Source of the DNA: Podospora anserina
Taxonomy: Eukaryota
Direction: 5' to 3'
NCBI GenBank assembly: GCA_017654855.1
Contig: CM030335.1
Span: forward strand, 62,001-126,000
Length of the DNA stretch: 64,000 nt
Shown here: positions 1-12,934 of the stretch, one piece after another
How positions within the stretch are numbered: the first letter of the stretch is position 1
Layout of the letters: each line of letters starts with the position of its first letter
The notes under the pieces: model-generated
Database searches by the model: none
The model's input: only the letters and a program-made list of their open reading frames with translations
Told to the model about the DNA's origin: nothing
Made by a program: the position numbers and the translations under genes

Positions 1-28
1 TCATAACGACTAACTACATGTCTATACC

Positions 29-2608
29 TTATACCGGGACCAGAAAGCCATCAAAGTACCCCCCGATCTTCTCCGGCTCATGCGGAAACGCAGTCACCCC
101 AACCCACAGATCAGGTCTGATGACCACCACGCCCCCCTTGGTATGGTTAGCCCCATATGTCGTGTGCGCATCTTCGTCAGGTTGCCTATCATCAAACACC
201 ACCTTTGCTCCAAGCTTATGCGTAAGATCATCAAGCAGAGCGTCATCGCCTGCCTCAAATGGCATGCGTTTCACCACCACCGTCAAGGTAAACCTGTCTT
301 GGCCACCATAACGAGTCCAGAAACCAGTCTTGCTTGACAGCACAGATGACAACTTTGCTATGTTGTTGCGGACCTGCTCTCCCCTAAATGAGGAACCGAA
401 GACCAGGATGTGGAATTTCGGTGGTCCCTCGAACAGGTCGTAGAGATACCCGGTCTGGTTATCAGAAAAACAGAGACGGGGGTTGGGCGCCCTGACGCCG
501 TTGTTGAGCTTGACCGGGGCCGGTGAAGAGAGGAGGGGGGCGGTTTGGGGAGCAATGGGAGATGTTGCGTAAGGGCAATCGACACCCAGGAGGAACTGCC
601 CATGAGCTTGGAAGAACTTGGCGAGGAAGTTCAAGGCATCTTCTTGTGTTCGTGGAGGAGAATCTGCTGACGCAGAAGTAGACTCGACGTGGAGGTGGAC
701 TTGCTTGCTGTCGCCGTTGGCGTCACTGCTGTGGCCGTTGACTCCGTTGGTGTGCCCGTTGGTGTGCCCGTTGGTGTGCCCGTTGGTTTGGTGGCCGTTT
801 GCCTTGGAGCTTGATCCGAGCGCGTCAAAATTGCGAAGGTTGGGCACAGGCATGGCTGAACCAGTGACAAAGCGAAGGTATGCTCCCGAAACCTCAATTA
901 CACGAACTGCGTGCTCTCTTCGCTCCAGGCTGTATGTTGGAAGAAGAGCCTGTGGATCAGCAAGGTTTTTGGCGGCGAGACCCAGCTTCCATGCGAGGTT
1001 GGCTGCATCGAGAATGGATGCATTTAGCCCAAATGCACCCATGACGCTATGGACGTGACTATTGCATGGTCAATCTTTGTATGGATAGGTAGTAGGCACT
1101 TGGTAAGAGATTACTCACGCTGCATCACCGACCAGGTGGACTCGGTTGTCATGGGACGAATAAGAACGAGCCACTCGCTCAGAGACTGTAAAGTTTTCGT
1201 GTTGTCAGTCCCGATAGACAGCTAGGGGCAGTTGAGACCAAGACCTACTCTTCCAGATGGCAAACCAACTAAGTGGTGCTGCAAACTTCAGCTTGTAAGG
1301 GGCAAAAATTCTGTTGGCTTGTTCCAAAACTTCTTCAGGGGTGACGGTCTCAATCTCGACGCGTCCGCCAGCCTCTGCAAATGATGCGTCACTTTGCTGC
1401 CTTGCAGCTGCGATGGGCCCGGTCTGCGAAACATCCAGCTGGGTGTACAATCTTGGCCAGGCGTTAGCTCATAGACCTTAACTTTCCCTCGATTGAATCA
1501 TAAGAGCGTACCTGATGTACCCATCTTCTCTTGGGATAATAACACAGCCTCCATGCTTGGAACTGATTACCGACCTGTTTCTGAGGTGTCAGCGCCCATC
1601 ACGATGCGCATACTAGGAGCCAACAACAAGGCATACCCGAATACCCAGGCGTGGGGGTAGTCAGTTTCAAAAACGCAGTCCATAATACCCCAGTAAATAT
1701 CTGTGCTGACACCATCAAACGGAATGCTCAAGCTTTTCCGGATGGAACTCGCAGCACCATCGCTTCCAACCAAGTATTTTGCGCGCACAATGTCCTCCTG
1801 TCCTGTCCGCTCATTCTTGACCGTAGCTCTGACCGGATATTCACCTTGGCCCTCTACCGTGTACTTGGACAGGATTCGTTCTCGCTCGACCAAGGACTTG
1901 TGCCTGGCCAAGTCCCGGATAAAGATTCGTTCGATCTGACCCTGCGTGATGATATGCAATCCTCGATAGCGCGAATCACACTGATGAGAACGGTTGAACA
2001 GTAGCTTCTTGCCATCAAGATAGATGGCTGTTCGTTCAATCAGTGGTCCTTCTTCCGCAATCTCGGAGGCAAGCCCCCAAGTAGCTACTGTCTCCAGAAA
2101 GCGTGGTTGGACACCATCGGCGCGTCCGGCGATCAAGGGGGTAGGTGCTTTGTCTGGGGTGGTGTTAGAAAGAGTTGATGCACAAGCACGCCATGTAGGA
2201 CTAACCGATGATGCGGAACGAGACTCCTTGTCTTGCTAGACTGAGTGCCACCTCTAATCCGCTGGGGCCAGCTTCGTCGCTGTTAGTTAACTGTTTTTGT
2301 GATACGGTGTTGGTGTGGAAAGGCTTACCGCCGACAATGAGGACATCGACCTCGTCTGACGGTTTCCACCAGTCAGGCGTTCCATGGGGGTTGTTAGTCC
2401 CGTCAAACAAAGTGGGCCATGTTCGAATGACATTGATTCCGACCCGGTTGTGTGCCGTGGAAGTCAGAAGCTCCTTGGATGGCGGCGTGACGAATGAGTG
2501 AGGATCATCATCCTGTTCGTCGTTCTTCCAGACCCACGGTGTTGCAGATGCTTGAATGGGCTTCTTGAACCCGTTTTCCCAGGTGTGAGGTGGAAGTGCG
2601 CGAGCCAT
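29..2608 (-). CDS. FAD-dependent monooxygenase (phenol 2-monooxygenase/PheA-TfdB family), multi-exon
   Basis: Exon ORFs contain DVLIVG-AGPSGL (Rossmann), GRADGVQPR, YLVGSDGA (DG motif), GAFGLNASILDAANLAWKL and a C-terminal VVIRPDLWVG. The exons are joined by short GT-AG introns. Confidence 0.93.
744..787 (-). repeat. 12-bp tandem repeat encoding (TNGH)n in a low-complexity insert of the monooxygenase
   Basis: Plus strand shows ccgttggtgtgc repeated 3 times; protein reads NGHQTNGHTNGHTNGHTNGVNGH. Confidence 0.85.
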
Positions 2609-2967
2609 TGTGTCGATCTTGGCAGGATAAAATGATGTGAGGGGAGGTTCAGCGAGGCACGAGTGCTAGGTAGGTATTGACAATAAAACTTCTTATTTCA
2701 CATACATCTGATTCCGGTCACTTCGGGGCTGGATCGGCCCGTTGACGATCGGCAAAGGTCCGGGTGTACCAACTCCGGTCCTCGCCGTCGACCCCCATGG
2801 ACCGGAATGCTTGGCTTTGTAAAATCCGACAAGTCGGGACCGAGTGCCGACACGGGAATCGTCATGATGGTATCTGTGTTCAAGTTTAAATAAAGACTGG
2901 TTCTGAGCCCTACCCCTTCCCTTTGATCTTGAACAATTTCGATTCAGACTCATTCACAACTTCCATC
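2609..2967. promoter_or_regulatory. Bidirectional promoter with multiple CGG/CCG triplets (candidate Zn2Cys6 sites)
   Basis: ~360 bp between divergent ATGs; palindrome CCGAC-AA-GTCGG at 2826-2837 plus several CCGG. Confidence 0.5.
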
Positions 2968-4724
2968 ATGGCGATCACGCAAGCAAACATTGACCCCACC
3001 TCTCAAACCCTCTTGCAATTGTCTTCCCTGATCCAGAAGACAATTAGTTCTTATATCTCCCATCGCCAGTCCACCATCGTTTCCTCCACCACCGAAGATG
3101 GTCTTGGTATCCCTTCGCGCCCCCTGTTTGATGCTCAACGGACACTCTTGGCGGCGGCAGGAAAACTCACGGAGCTTGTTTCGAGTCCTCAGACACGTCT
3201 GATTGAGGTTGCTAATCAGTACTTCGAGGCACGGGCTCTGCACGTTGTCGCCGACAAGCGCATCCCCGATATCCTGGCCAAGCGCGAGAAAGGCGTTTCC
3301 GTCACCGAGTTGAGCCAAGAGGTGGGCATCGAGGCGCGAAAGTTGTCCAGACTCCTTCGCTGTCTCTGCTCCATCCACATTTTCAACGAAATCGAGGAAG
3401 ATGTTTTTGCCAATAATGACATCTCCCGAGCTCTGGTTGGGAACGAGCCCCTCAGGGCTTACATTATGCTCTTGTAAGTGATGCGCTGCCTTTCATCTGC
3501 AACCGCTGACTAACACGACCGCAACAAGTGGCTTGGACTTGTATACTGCTTCCGACCACCTGCCTCGCTATCTTTCGGACCCCGAAAAAGGCCCTTCGTA
3601 CGCGGTTGAGGTCACCCCGTGGCAGGATGCTGTTAACACCGACAAGCCCCGTTGGGATTGGCTTGAGGAGAAAGCCAAGGCTGGTGATCTCAAAGCCCTC
3701 TGTGAGAACGGAACCAACGGTGCCACCAGCTCTTATCCCGGCTCTTTCGGCAACACTCTGCAAGAAGGCCTCACCTCTGTTGCCGCCAGTGGTAAGACAA
3801 ATGGTGAAGCAGCCAATACTTTGGTGGCGAGACCAGAGCATGCCATTTTCGGGCTGGCCATGCTGGGTGGTGGCAGAGTCTATGGCAAGGCTCACCTGTT
3901 TGGTAAGATGAGCATAATCATGTCAAATTTACAGTCAAGTCAGCCAAAACTAACCTTTTGTGTTAGATTTCCCTTGGGGTGAATTGGGCGACGCCACTAT
4001 TGTCGACGTCGGCGGTGGAGTTGGTACGTGCACCCTCGACCCCCTGGCCCCTTTCGAGGCCCATCTCTCGCAATCAAGGCAGCTAACATGAAAGTCAAAC
4101 AGGCTCTTTCAGTATGGAGCTTTCTCGCCTTTACCCGAACCTCAACTTTGTTGTCCAAGACCGCGCTCCAGTCCTCCAGCAAGCCGAAACTGAGGTCTGG
4201 CCAAAGGAGCACCCCAAAGCTTTGCAATCGGGCAAGGTCAAGTTCTGGCCTCACAACATGTTTGAGCCCAACCCAGTGAAGGGGGCAGATGTGTATTGGC
4301 TGCGGTACATCATGCACGATTGGTCTGATGATTATTGCGTGCAGATCTTGAGTGCTATCAAGCCGGCTATGGGACCGCACAGCCGAATTCTCATCTGGTG
4401 AGATTTTCCTCTTCTTGAAACATCAGTAGTTAAAAGGTATAGCAGCTAATGTCTGGTAACAGCGATCAAGTAATGAATACCACTTTTGGCTCGGCCGAGA
4501 TCGAACCAGCGCCGGCACCATTGCCGGCCAACTGGGGGTATTACACACGGTACTCCCACCAGCGCGATTTGGCCATGTTGTCAATCATCAATGGCATCGA
4601 GAGAAAGCCAGCTGAGTTCAAGGACATTATCGAGCGCGCTGGTCTCAAACTGCGCAAGATTTGGGATTGTAGAAGCCAGGTTGGTTTGGTTGAGGTGGTG
4701 TTGCCTGATTCGCAGCTTGCATAA
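2968..4724 (+). CDS. SAM-dependent O-methyltransferase (Methyltransf_2, secondary-metabolite type), multi-exon
   Basis: ATG at 2968; winged-helix dimerisation region (KLSRLLRCLCSIHIF), IVDVGGGVG SAM motif, VVQDR, YWLRYIMHDWSD, NGIERK. Confidence 0.93.
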
Positions 4725-5296
4725 ATGGTCTCCCTCTCATTGTAAAGTCTTTTAGTCGTTGGGTTTAGGATGTGTAGAGGAAGATGGCAACTCATAAGGG
4801 ATGGAATATGCGTTGGATGAAACCAAGGATTTCACATCTTGAGATGAGCCGGTATTTGCGCAATATTGATCAGAATGGACTCGCATTATGAACCTCGGAC
4901 TGGTTTAATTTCAGGCTCCAACGCAACATGGCAACACGCAGCCCCGCTTGTGCTCCGAATGGAGTAACAAATCGATTTGCGGTTCAATCGAAATCCGAGG
5001 CTAAGGTGATCCTACAAGCCGAAACAACAAGCACCTCATCCTCCAACGGGCAATCCACAATCCGATGGTGTGGCTGCTTGATGAACAAGGAAGATCTGTT
5101 TGGTGTTGGTATCTCTGTGGGATATTCGCCTATCTGTAGTGATAGTGGTCAGATTTCTGGTGTATTCTTCAGACGATAGCAGCTATAAAACTCTCTCCAA
5201 CTCCCTCCATTTACCGTAAAAAAGGATCAGTCTGAGCACCACGCTTTTCCAACATCATCTCACATTACACTCTCCCTTGAAGTTTTCAGTACCATC

Positions 5297-7164
5297 ATGA
5301 TCAAAACTACAAGTATTCTGTCCCTTATTGTGGTCGCCGCCTTTCGGCTCCCGGGGGCTGACGGTAAGCCCTGCCCTCCTTTGGGCGCGGTTCTACCCCC
5401 CCCAAGGCGACCTAGCAAAGATTCAGTCGTCGCGGAAGCCGTCAAGAGTCTTGAAGCTGTATTCGCGAGCATGACATCCCGTTACAACGCATCAGCTGTC
5501 TCCATCGGTGTTCGATCAATTCACGAAGATGTTCCGTTGGTCGACCTTCATTACACACCGCCGATCAAGAACAAGAATGGCACAGAGGAGGTTACGGCTG
5601 ACACTGTCTATCGTATTGGCAGTTGTACCAAGCTCTTCACTGTCCTTTCTCTGCTCCAGCAGACCAAGATCCGGTGGGACGAACCCGTTACGAGATACCT
5701 TCCTGAGCTTGAAGAGAATCAAGTCCATGGAACAGAGATTGAGGCAGTACAGTGGCAACATGTTACTATTGGTGCATTAGCATCTCATGTTTCGGGAATT
5801 GGAAGGGACCTTGCTTTTGATCTGGCAAACTTTCCTTCCTTTCCAGCTGAGAAGATGGGGCTTCCGCCACTACAAGAGAAAACGAGAGCGCGGCACTGCT
5901 CTGGGCTGGGGAACACGACAGCCTGTGAAGAAGAGGGTGAGAGGCTTTTTGGTGGTGGGATGTATTGCGAGTGCTAATAACCAGCTACCTAGACGTCCTC
6001 AAGAACATGCCGCGCCGGCATCCTCAGTACGCCCCTTACACCGCACCGCTGTACTCCAACGTTGGGATCACATTGCTTGGACTCGTTGTCGAGAAAGCCA
6101 CAGGCCAGAGCCTGGATCAACTTCTCAGAGAAAAGATTCTTCTTCCAGCAGGCATGGAAAAGACGTCTCTGAACGAGCCACCAGCTCCAGACAAGGAGGG
6201 GTTTATCCCAGCTGATGACCCAACCTGGTTCACCAAGACCGGCACTTTTGCGTCGTACGTTCTCTTCTCCTCTTCCGCTTTTCATCCCGAGGGGACGTTT
6301 CATTGTCTAAACTGATAAAATTCATCTAGATCTGGCGGCATGTACTCTTCCACCCGCGACATGCTGTCGTTTGGCGTGGCGATCCTCTCCAACAGACTCT
6401 TGTCCCCCCTCGCCACGCGAAAGTGGCTGTCTCCAACCACCTTCACATCCTCTCGCGGCCATGTGCTGGGGGCGCCATGGGAAATCCAGCGTGCCGACCG
6501 ACTCGTGCCAGATGGAAGAGTTGTAGACATCTATACCAAGGCTGGTGATCTTGGACTATACCACACCATGTTCGCTCTTGTTCCAGACTACGATATTGTC
6601 GTCAACGTTATGACTGCTGGCAAAGAGGTCACCGATGAATTCTTTGTTCAGTCACATGTCATCTCACAGACGCTGAAGGCAATTATCCCGGCACTAGACG
6701 CGGTCACAAAGCAAGAGGCTAAGAAAAACCTTGCGGGTATCTACCAGGACAAGGAGAGTGATTCTGTGGTGGAGTTGGAAGTCGATGATGGTCCAGGTCT
6801 GGCGATCAAAGAGTGGACGGTGAAGGGCTTCAATGTATTGGGAAACTTTACTTTCTACAATATTGCCGCCAGTGGGAGAACGCTGCCTGGGATCGCGAGG
6901 TTGTATCCTTCGAGTCTCAAGGCGGGTAGCCAAAAGTCGTGGAGAATGGTGTTTGATCAGGTAGATGATGAGAAAGGTGAGCCCTTTGATGAGGAAGCTG
7001 CTTACCCTGACGCCCGGTGCGTGAATTGGGGTACCATGGATAGGTTTACTTATGACTTTGCGGGGTTGGAGGAATTTGTCATGACGGTTGGGAAAGATGG
7101 TGTGGTAAAATCGCTGAGTCCGGTGGGCTTCGGGGTTTCACTCGCCAAACAGGGGTACATGTAA
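5297..7164 (+). CDS. Secreted beta-lactamase/serine peptidase family protein (AmpC-like, peptidase S12), 3 exons
   Basis: Signal-peptide-like N-terminus, CPPLGAVLP, SxxK (IGSCTKLF), YSN, TKAGDLG motifs. Confidence 0.9.
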
Positions 7165-7445
7165 ACCATTTCATTATCAGAGGTTTTCACAACTGAGCGG
7201 TCAACAGGGTAGCGTAATGTCTAATTTAATGTTTCAGTCCATGACATCTTTTTCCTTCAACAAATAAGATTCATTCAGCGCTGCGCAACTATGAATAAAC
7301 ATTAGGTACATAGGTAGCTACCTGGCAAAAGAAAGAAAAAATGAATGTGATGGTAGGAATCCTGCGGGCATATAGCAACTGACCAAGATCAGTAGCATTC
7401 GAACACGTGACAGCGCAGAAGTGTCACGTCCAATCCTGTTGTTGT

Positions 7446-8324
7446 TCACGGACGACCTCCAAATCCACGGGCGCCAAAACCCCCACCATATCCTCCATAT
7501 CCTCCATACCCTCCGTATCCTCCAAAACCACGGGCACCAAACGCTCCATAACCGCCATATCCTCCATATCCCCCAATGCCACGCACTCCAAACCCATATC
7601 CTCCATAACCACCATAGCCATATCCAGGGTACCCGATTCCCCGGACGCCAAATCCACCATATCCATATCCCCCAGGATACCCAAGTCCATAGCTGAGGTA
7701 AGGGATAGCGGTTGGTCCAATAGGTCCCGGGGGTCCCGGGGGTCCGACGACGCCCACCCCGGGAGCACCCACTGGCCCAGGGGGTCCAGGGATGCCAGGA
7801 CCGCCGGGAGGACCAACAGGACCAGGAGCACCAGGTAGACCAGGAGGACCGACGGGACCGGGACCGCCAGGGAGACCGGGAGGACCGACGGGACCGGGAC
7901 CGCCAGGAAGGCCAGGAGGACCTACTGGACCGGGACCGCCAGGCATTCCAGGAGGTCCTGGAGGACCAATACTGGAGATTCCTGGCGGTCCAGGAGGTCC
8001 AGGTGGTCCTGGTGGTCCAGGAACGACAACCTCCCCGCACGTGGTGCACGGACTGCTCTGAATAACTTCTGGAACGGCGGCGACTTGGACACCACCGCAC
8101 CCGCTACCTGTGCAGCCACCACATCCGCCACCACCGCACCGTTCTTCGAGAAGAGCCCGCTCTTCTATAGTAGCTCCCTCCTCATTAGGAGCGCGTTGTT
8201 CCAGATGTTCCAGATAAGCGTTTTGTTGTTCCAAGGCAGAACGATCCTCAACAGGAAGTGGTGCTGGGACCGCCAGGGCCAGAGGGAGAGCCCATGCTAA
8301 AAGGAGGGATGTATTGGGTCTCAT
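7446..8324 (-). CDS. Secreted collagen-like protein: signal peptide, propeptide, Cys-Gly segment, ~33 Gly-X-Y triplets, Gly/Tyr-rich tail
   Basis: Intronless 292-aa ORF; hydrophobic N-terminus; GPP-rich triplets; GGYGGY C-terminus. Confidence 0.85.
   Translation of the reverse strand: MRPNTSLLLAWALPLALAVPAPLPVEDRSALEQQNAYLEHLEQRAPNEEGATIEERALLEERCGGGGCGGCTGSGCGGVQVAAVPEVIQSSPCTTCGEVVVPGPPGPPGPPGPPGISSIGPPGPPGMPGGPGPVGPPGLPGGPGPVGPPGLPGGPGPVGPPGLPGAPGPVGPPGGPGIPGPPGPVGAPGVGVVGPPGPPGPIGPTAIPYLSYGLGYPGGYGYGGFGVRGIGYPGYGYGGYGGYGFGVRGIGGYGGYGGYGAFGARGFGGYGGYGGYGGYGGGFGARGFGGRP
7843..7945 (-). repeat. 36-bp tandem repeat ([12 protein letters not shown]) inside the collagen domain
   Basis: gaggaccgacgggaccgggaccgccagg recurs at a 36-bp period, about 3 copies. 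Confidence 0.85.
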
Positions 8325-10019
8325 TTCTTGTTATTTTTGTTGTTATGAGATGTTGTTCTTTTCGTTCGTTTGCAGTGAGAGGAGCTTAGGAAAAAGCAGT
8401 GTGGGTGCCAGCGGTGCGGCGTGATGATGCAGCCGGCTGCGATAGAAATTGGATGTGGACAAGAAAACAGTTGAAGATTGAGATATAAGAAAATCCAGCC
8501 GTGAATGATGGTGGAGGGGCTTTTGCCAGCAAAAGTGCAAGTTGGAAACTGTTTGCTGGGCGTGACAAAGTTCGAGGAGAAGCAATGAAGGCATGAGCAA
8601 TGTTAAGTACTGCCACCTAATCAATATCTCCCCCAAACCTTGCATGCAATTGGATGCATGCTCTCATCAGCCAGATCCCTTTACACAAGCATCAGCATCA
8701 TCTGATATCATTTCAAGCGTCATCAAAAGTTCTTGACCAAACGCAATGCAGACGAGCGAAATGATCGTTGTGCACAGCGTGTCGAATCGCAGGTTACATG
8801 ACGGGTGACCATGCTTGCAAATCTCGACAGTTGCTATTCTCGCACTGCGGTATGGTCTCTCTCGTCTTGCAGTCAGGCGGCACTCTGGCGTTCCGCACAG
8901 ATATATGTGATGCGAATTGCGTTGGCCTACAGGCACATGGGCTCGTAAACGACTGCAGCCGGTTTCTGAGCACCCAAAGCGTAGGCCGTGCTAAGCTTGC
9001 AAGACATGCAATGCATAACATTGGCTGAACTTTTCCATCCACTCTAATGTAGATCTCGATTGCTTCAAGAGATGAACGTGAAATAGACTTTTGTCGTCCC
9101 AGCATTGAATGGGGGTTAAACGAACCTGTGGCTTTGGTTGAGGATACTTAGGTAGGTACCTTACTTTTGACCCCTGGACCCCTAACCCCCTGAATCTCTA
9201 CACCCACCTCACAAAGCCGAAATAAAGTGAAATAGCATTTTGTGGTTCCATATATCCCTATCCAACACCAGAAGGTGCCTAGATACTCTTCTTGACATCC
9301 AAACAGGGCCACATCATTGGTAGCTCCCCTTGCCAGCCTGGCGCCCGCCTTTTTCATGTTTGTCGTCAAAATGTTGTAGAATCACGAAAATTACACTGCA
9401 TGAGAGATAGAGCAGGCAGGTGGCCCATCGCTTGGGGAGCATCCATCATCTGATGCCCGGATCACTTCATCCGAGTCCTGGACCAGAAGGTGCACTTGGC
9501 TCATCTGTAAGACAATCTATCCCAGATAGTGCCACGGCATTGGGCCCAGGCCGTTACAGCAGTCGTCGCACATATAACACGCGGGATTAATGCCGGGTAT
9601 GCGGCCATGTGCTACTCACTCTATGTAGAACTGTTGATTTGTGGGCAACTGCCGGGCTTGGCGGCGGATAGATAGATTACCTGCCCTTTCTGGCCCATGA
9701 CGCCAATTGACCCTGTGATATCGTGTAGACGGAAACAGGTGAACTACCTATGCTTGCCTTGGTAGGTACTCGAGTTCCTGCAATGTTCCCAGGTATAAGA
9801 ATGCCAAGAGGAGACCACATGGTTGCCCACATGAGCTTCTCCTTGGCTACATCGGTCCAGCTGGGCTACATCAATCTCTGAGCTATCACGTCAAGCTGGT
9901 TGCGGTACCACAAAGTCTTGTGACTGCTATAAATTTTTCCTGGCGTCCAGTGTATACCTTATACGTCCTTATCATCGCCACATTTGTCGCACACACGGAC
10001 GGGACGCACACCACGCGCG

Positions 10020-11592
10020 ATGCTGACACCAAAGAAGACACTTGCTGTCATGGCAATCTTTGCTGCCATCGCGGCAGCGAAGGAGCTTCCGGTGAATCTG
10101 GAGCTCAAGGCCGAGCTCTATGACAGTGGTATCCGCCACGAGCAAATCATGGCTCTCAAAAATGTCAGTTTCTGTCCTTATCAATAAATACTAACACCCC
10201 CTAACACAAGTCTAAGCGTGTCTGGAGTGAGTTCGAAGCCCAAGGTGCCTACGACTCCCGCCAGTACAAAAAGTTTTCCGTCAAAAAGGCCAGCGACTTC
10301 TACGCCTGCACCAACGGCTTTGCGACCTACATCCCCAACGACTCACGCTACAGGTTCAGGTGCAAGGAGCTCGACTTGTACGACTTCAAGACCCATGCCG
10401 AGCTAGGCAGCACTCAAGGTAGGGGGGCCGGATCATGGGGTTGGACCTCTCCTGACGGAAGAGAATTCGTCGCCATTGCCCAGCTGGACGGGACCTCGTT
10501 TGCCGAGGTGACCAAGCAAGGCAAGCTGGTGTACCTTGGTCGTCTCCCACAATACACCACTGCTGAACCGTCTTTGTGGAGAGAGATCAAGGGGTACAAG
10601 AGCTACATTGTTATTGGTAGCGAGGCGGAGAAACACGGAGTCCAGATATTCGACTTGGCCAAGTTGCTGACCGTTGACCCGGCGAGTCCCGTGGTCTTCT
10701 CCAACCAGAAGGACCTGGCAGGATGGTGGGGAGATGCCTTGCCTATTGGGCGATCGCATAATGTCTTGACCAACGAGGAGCTGAACTACGGTGTGGCTGT
10801 GGGATTCCAGCCCAGGAACTCGACATACAAGGCAGGGTTGTTGTTCTTCGACCTGACGGACCCTGCAAACCCAACCACACTTGGTGGGTCTGGTGCGGAC
10901 GGCTATGTGCACGATGCCCAGTGCTTGGTGTATCGTGGTCCGGATGAGAAGCATGTTGGCAAAGATATCTGCTATGGGTATAATGAGGATGCGTTGACGA
11001 TGTGAGTGTTTTGCCAAGTCTCGCACGGTTGGGAGGATCCTGACAGATCACTAGCTACGACGTAACCGACAAGAAGAACATCACCATCATATCCACCACC
11101 TCCTACGAAGGCGCCAGCTATACCCACCAGGGATGGGTTTTGGACACCCAGTGGCAACAACATATCATTGCTGACGATGAATACGACGAAGTCGACGCAC
11201 GCGGTCCTGCACGTGAAGGCTACCCCGTCTCGTACATCTGGGACATCAGCTCGCTCGAGAAACCGAAGCAGACGGGACACTACAAGCATCTGAGAAAGGG
11301 AATCGACCATAACCAGTTTGTCAAAGATGGCTTCTCGTACCAGAGCAATTACGCCCTTGGCATCAGCGTGCTGGATTTAAGATCTGTGCCAAGAGATCCC
11401 ACCGGCAAAGGAATCAAAGAGGTGGCATACTTTGACACATACCCCGAGGACGATCACCTTCCCGGTGGTGGAAATGTCACATTCACTGGCACCTGGAGTC
11501 ACTACCCGTTCTTGCCTAGCGGGTTCATTGTCATCAACACCATGGACCGTGGTGCATTTGTAGTGAAGAAGTCCAAGGGAGCGGCGTGGTAA
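10020..11592 (+). CDS. Secreted choice-of-anchor B / LVIVD-repeat-like protein, 3 exons
   Basis: Signal peptide MLTPKKTLAVMAIFAAIAAA; motifs SWGWTSPDGREF, WREIKGY, GRSHN, YVHDAQC, YTHQGW, IDHNQFV, GTWSHYPFLPSG. Confidence 0.8.
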
Positions 11593-11779
11593 AAGGTTTT
11601 GGTAGGTGTTATTCGGTTACTAGGAATCTTCTATCAGGGATATGCTGGAAGAACATGGTGAATATCTAGATGGCACAGATGGATTCATGAGGTACAAGTT
11701 GTAAATTGCTAGCCAGTGTCTTGTCCCAAAGTTGTACCTCTTACATAACTACCCACTCTACCCTCCATGCTGTTCTCTT

Positions 11780-12485
11780 TTATCGCCCCCCCTTCTCTTC
11801 GCTTTCCCGCCGAGAAAAAGTCAAACGTCCAACGCCATCCAACTCCCTCGACCCAGTCATCTCAGACAACATCCCGGGACAACAACCCCCTAAGCCCAAG
11901 TCAATCACTTGCAACACCGGTTTACACCCTTGGAAAACCACGCGACCGTCATCCACATGCTCTGTCCAATGTTCCTGTAACAGCTGTTCAAGTCGCCGCT
12001 TGGTTTTCCGCTGCCACCGCAGCCGGTAACCGAGCACCCATTTTCATAGCGCGGTCCCGCGGAGCACGGGTCGTTTTGGAAGCCACGGTCGGACACGGCG
12101 ATAATATGGCAGTCGTGGGCGATGGTGCTGGTCGGTTCTTGTGGCTCCTGTGTTGAGGGTAAAGATTGCAGTAAAATGACTCGGGACGTAAAGAAGGCTC
12201 TCTAGTGCTTGGACATGGAGGTGAGAGCCAGTCTAGAGGGAAGGTTGACCGCTTACATACATGTACCACTCAGCCCATTGACTTGCCTGTCTGGCATCTT
12301 GACAATTCCGTCGGCTGCAAAGCCGTGCTACCAAGACCGAACCGACAAGGTCCACCCAAATATGAGGCAAGTATGCCGAATTGGGGCTGAGGCACATCGA
12401 TTTCTTCTCGCTTGTTCCAGGATTCAAAATGGTGAGCTCGGTGTATTACGCAACTTAGGTATGCTGGGAGCCGCGTAAGTATCAT
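11780..12485 (-). pseudogene. Possible degenerate gene relic (family uncertain)
   Basis: Short coding-like minus-strand segments in different frames, with an intron-like GTAAGC...CACTAG around 12256-12202. Confidence 0.25.
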
Positions 12486-12934
12486 TCCAAATCACCTCTA
12501 GAAGTAAGAATGCTGCCAGATTGAGAGAGTATATCAACCTGGTACCTATTGTCGGAAATCGCTCCGTAGAATAACATCAACGTAAGCAATAGCCTCCTCT
12601 TTGAGTAGTGCTGACAGCTTCCTCTGACGGTCTAGCCCTGGTCCTTGCTGTGTGAGCTGAATAGGCTGTTAGAACACAAGTAGGTGGTTGAATCATGACA
12701 AGGCCTGTACCCACCATGTTAGTGAGGTTATTGCGGTTGCCTGATGTAGTTGTGCTTGCCTTGCCAGGGAACCGCAATTGCATCAAAACATGTCTGAGCG
12801 ATATCTTCATCACTCGCAGCAAGACTATAATGAGATGGCTGATGAGTATTGCTATATCGGCACTGTGTTATTTTTTTCTTCCATCCATATCCTGTCATTT
12901 AGTCATTGACCATCCCAGCCCAGTTGAGTTTCTT

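Noticed and set aside
7792-8061. Second Gly/Pro-rich ORF on the plus strand, plus alternative-frame ORFs 7318-8100 and 7424-7831
   Set aside because: Gly (GGN) and Pro (CCN) repeats read as G/P repeats on the reverse complement; these are by-products of the collagen repeat.
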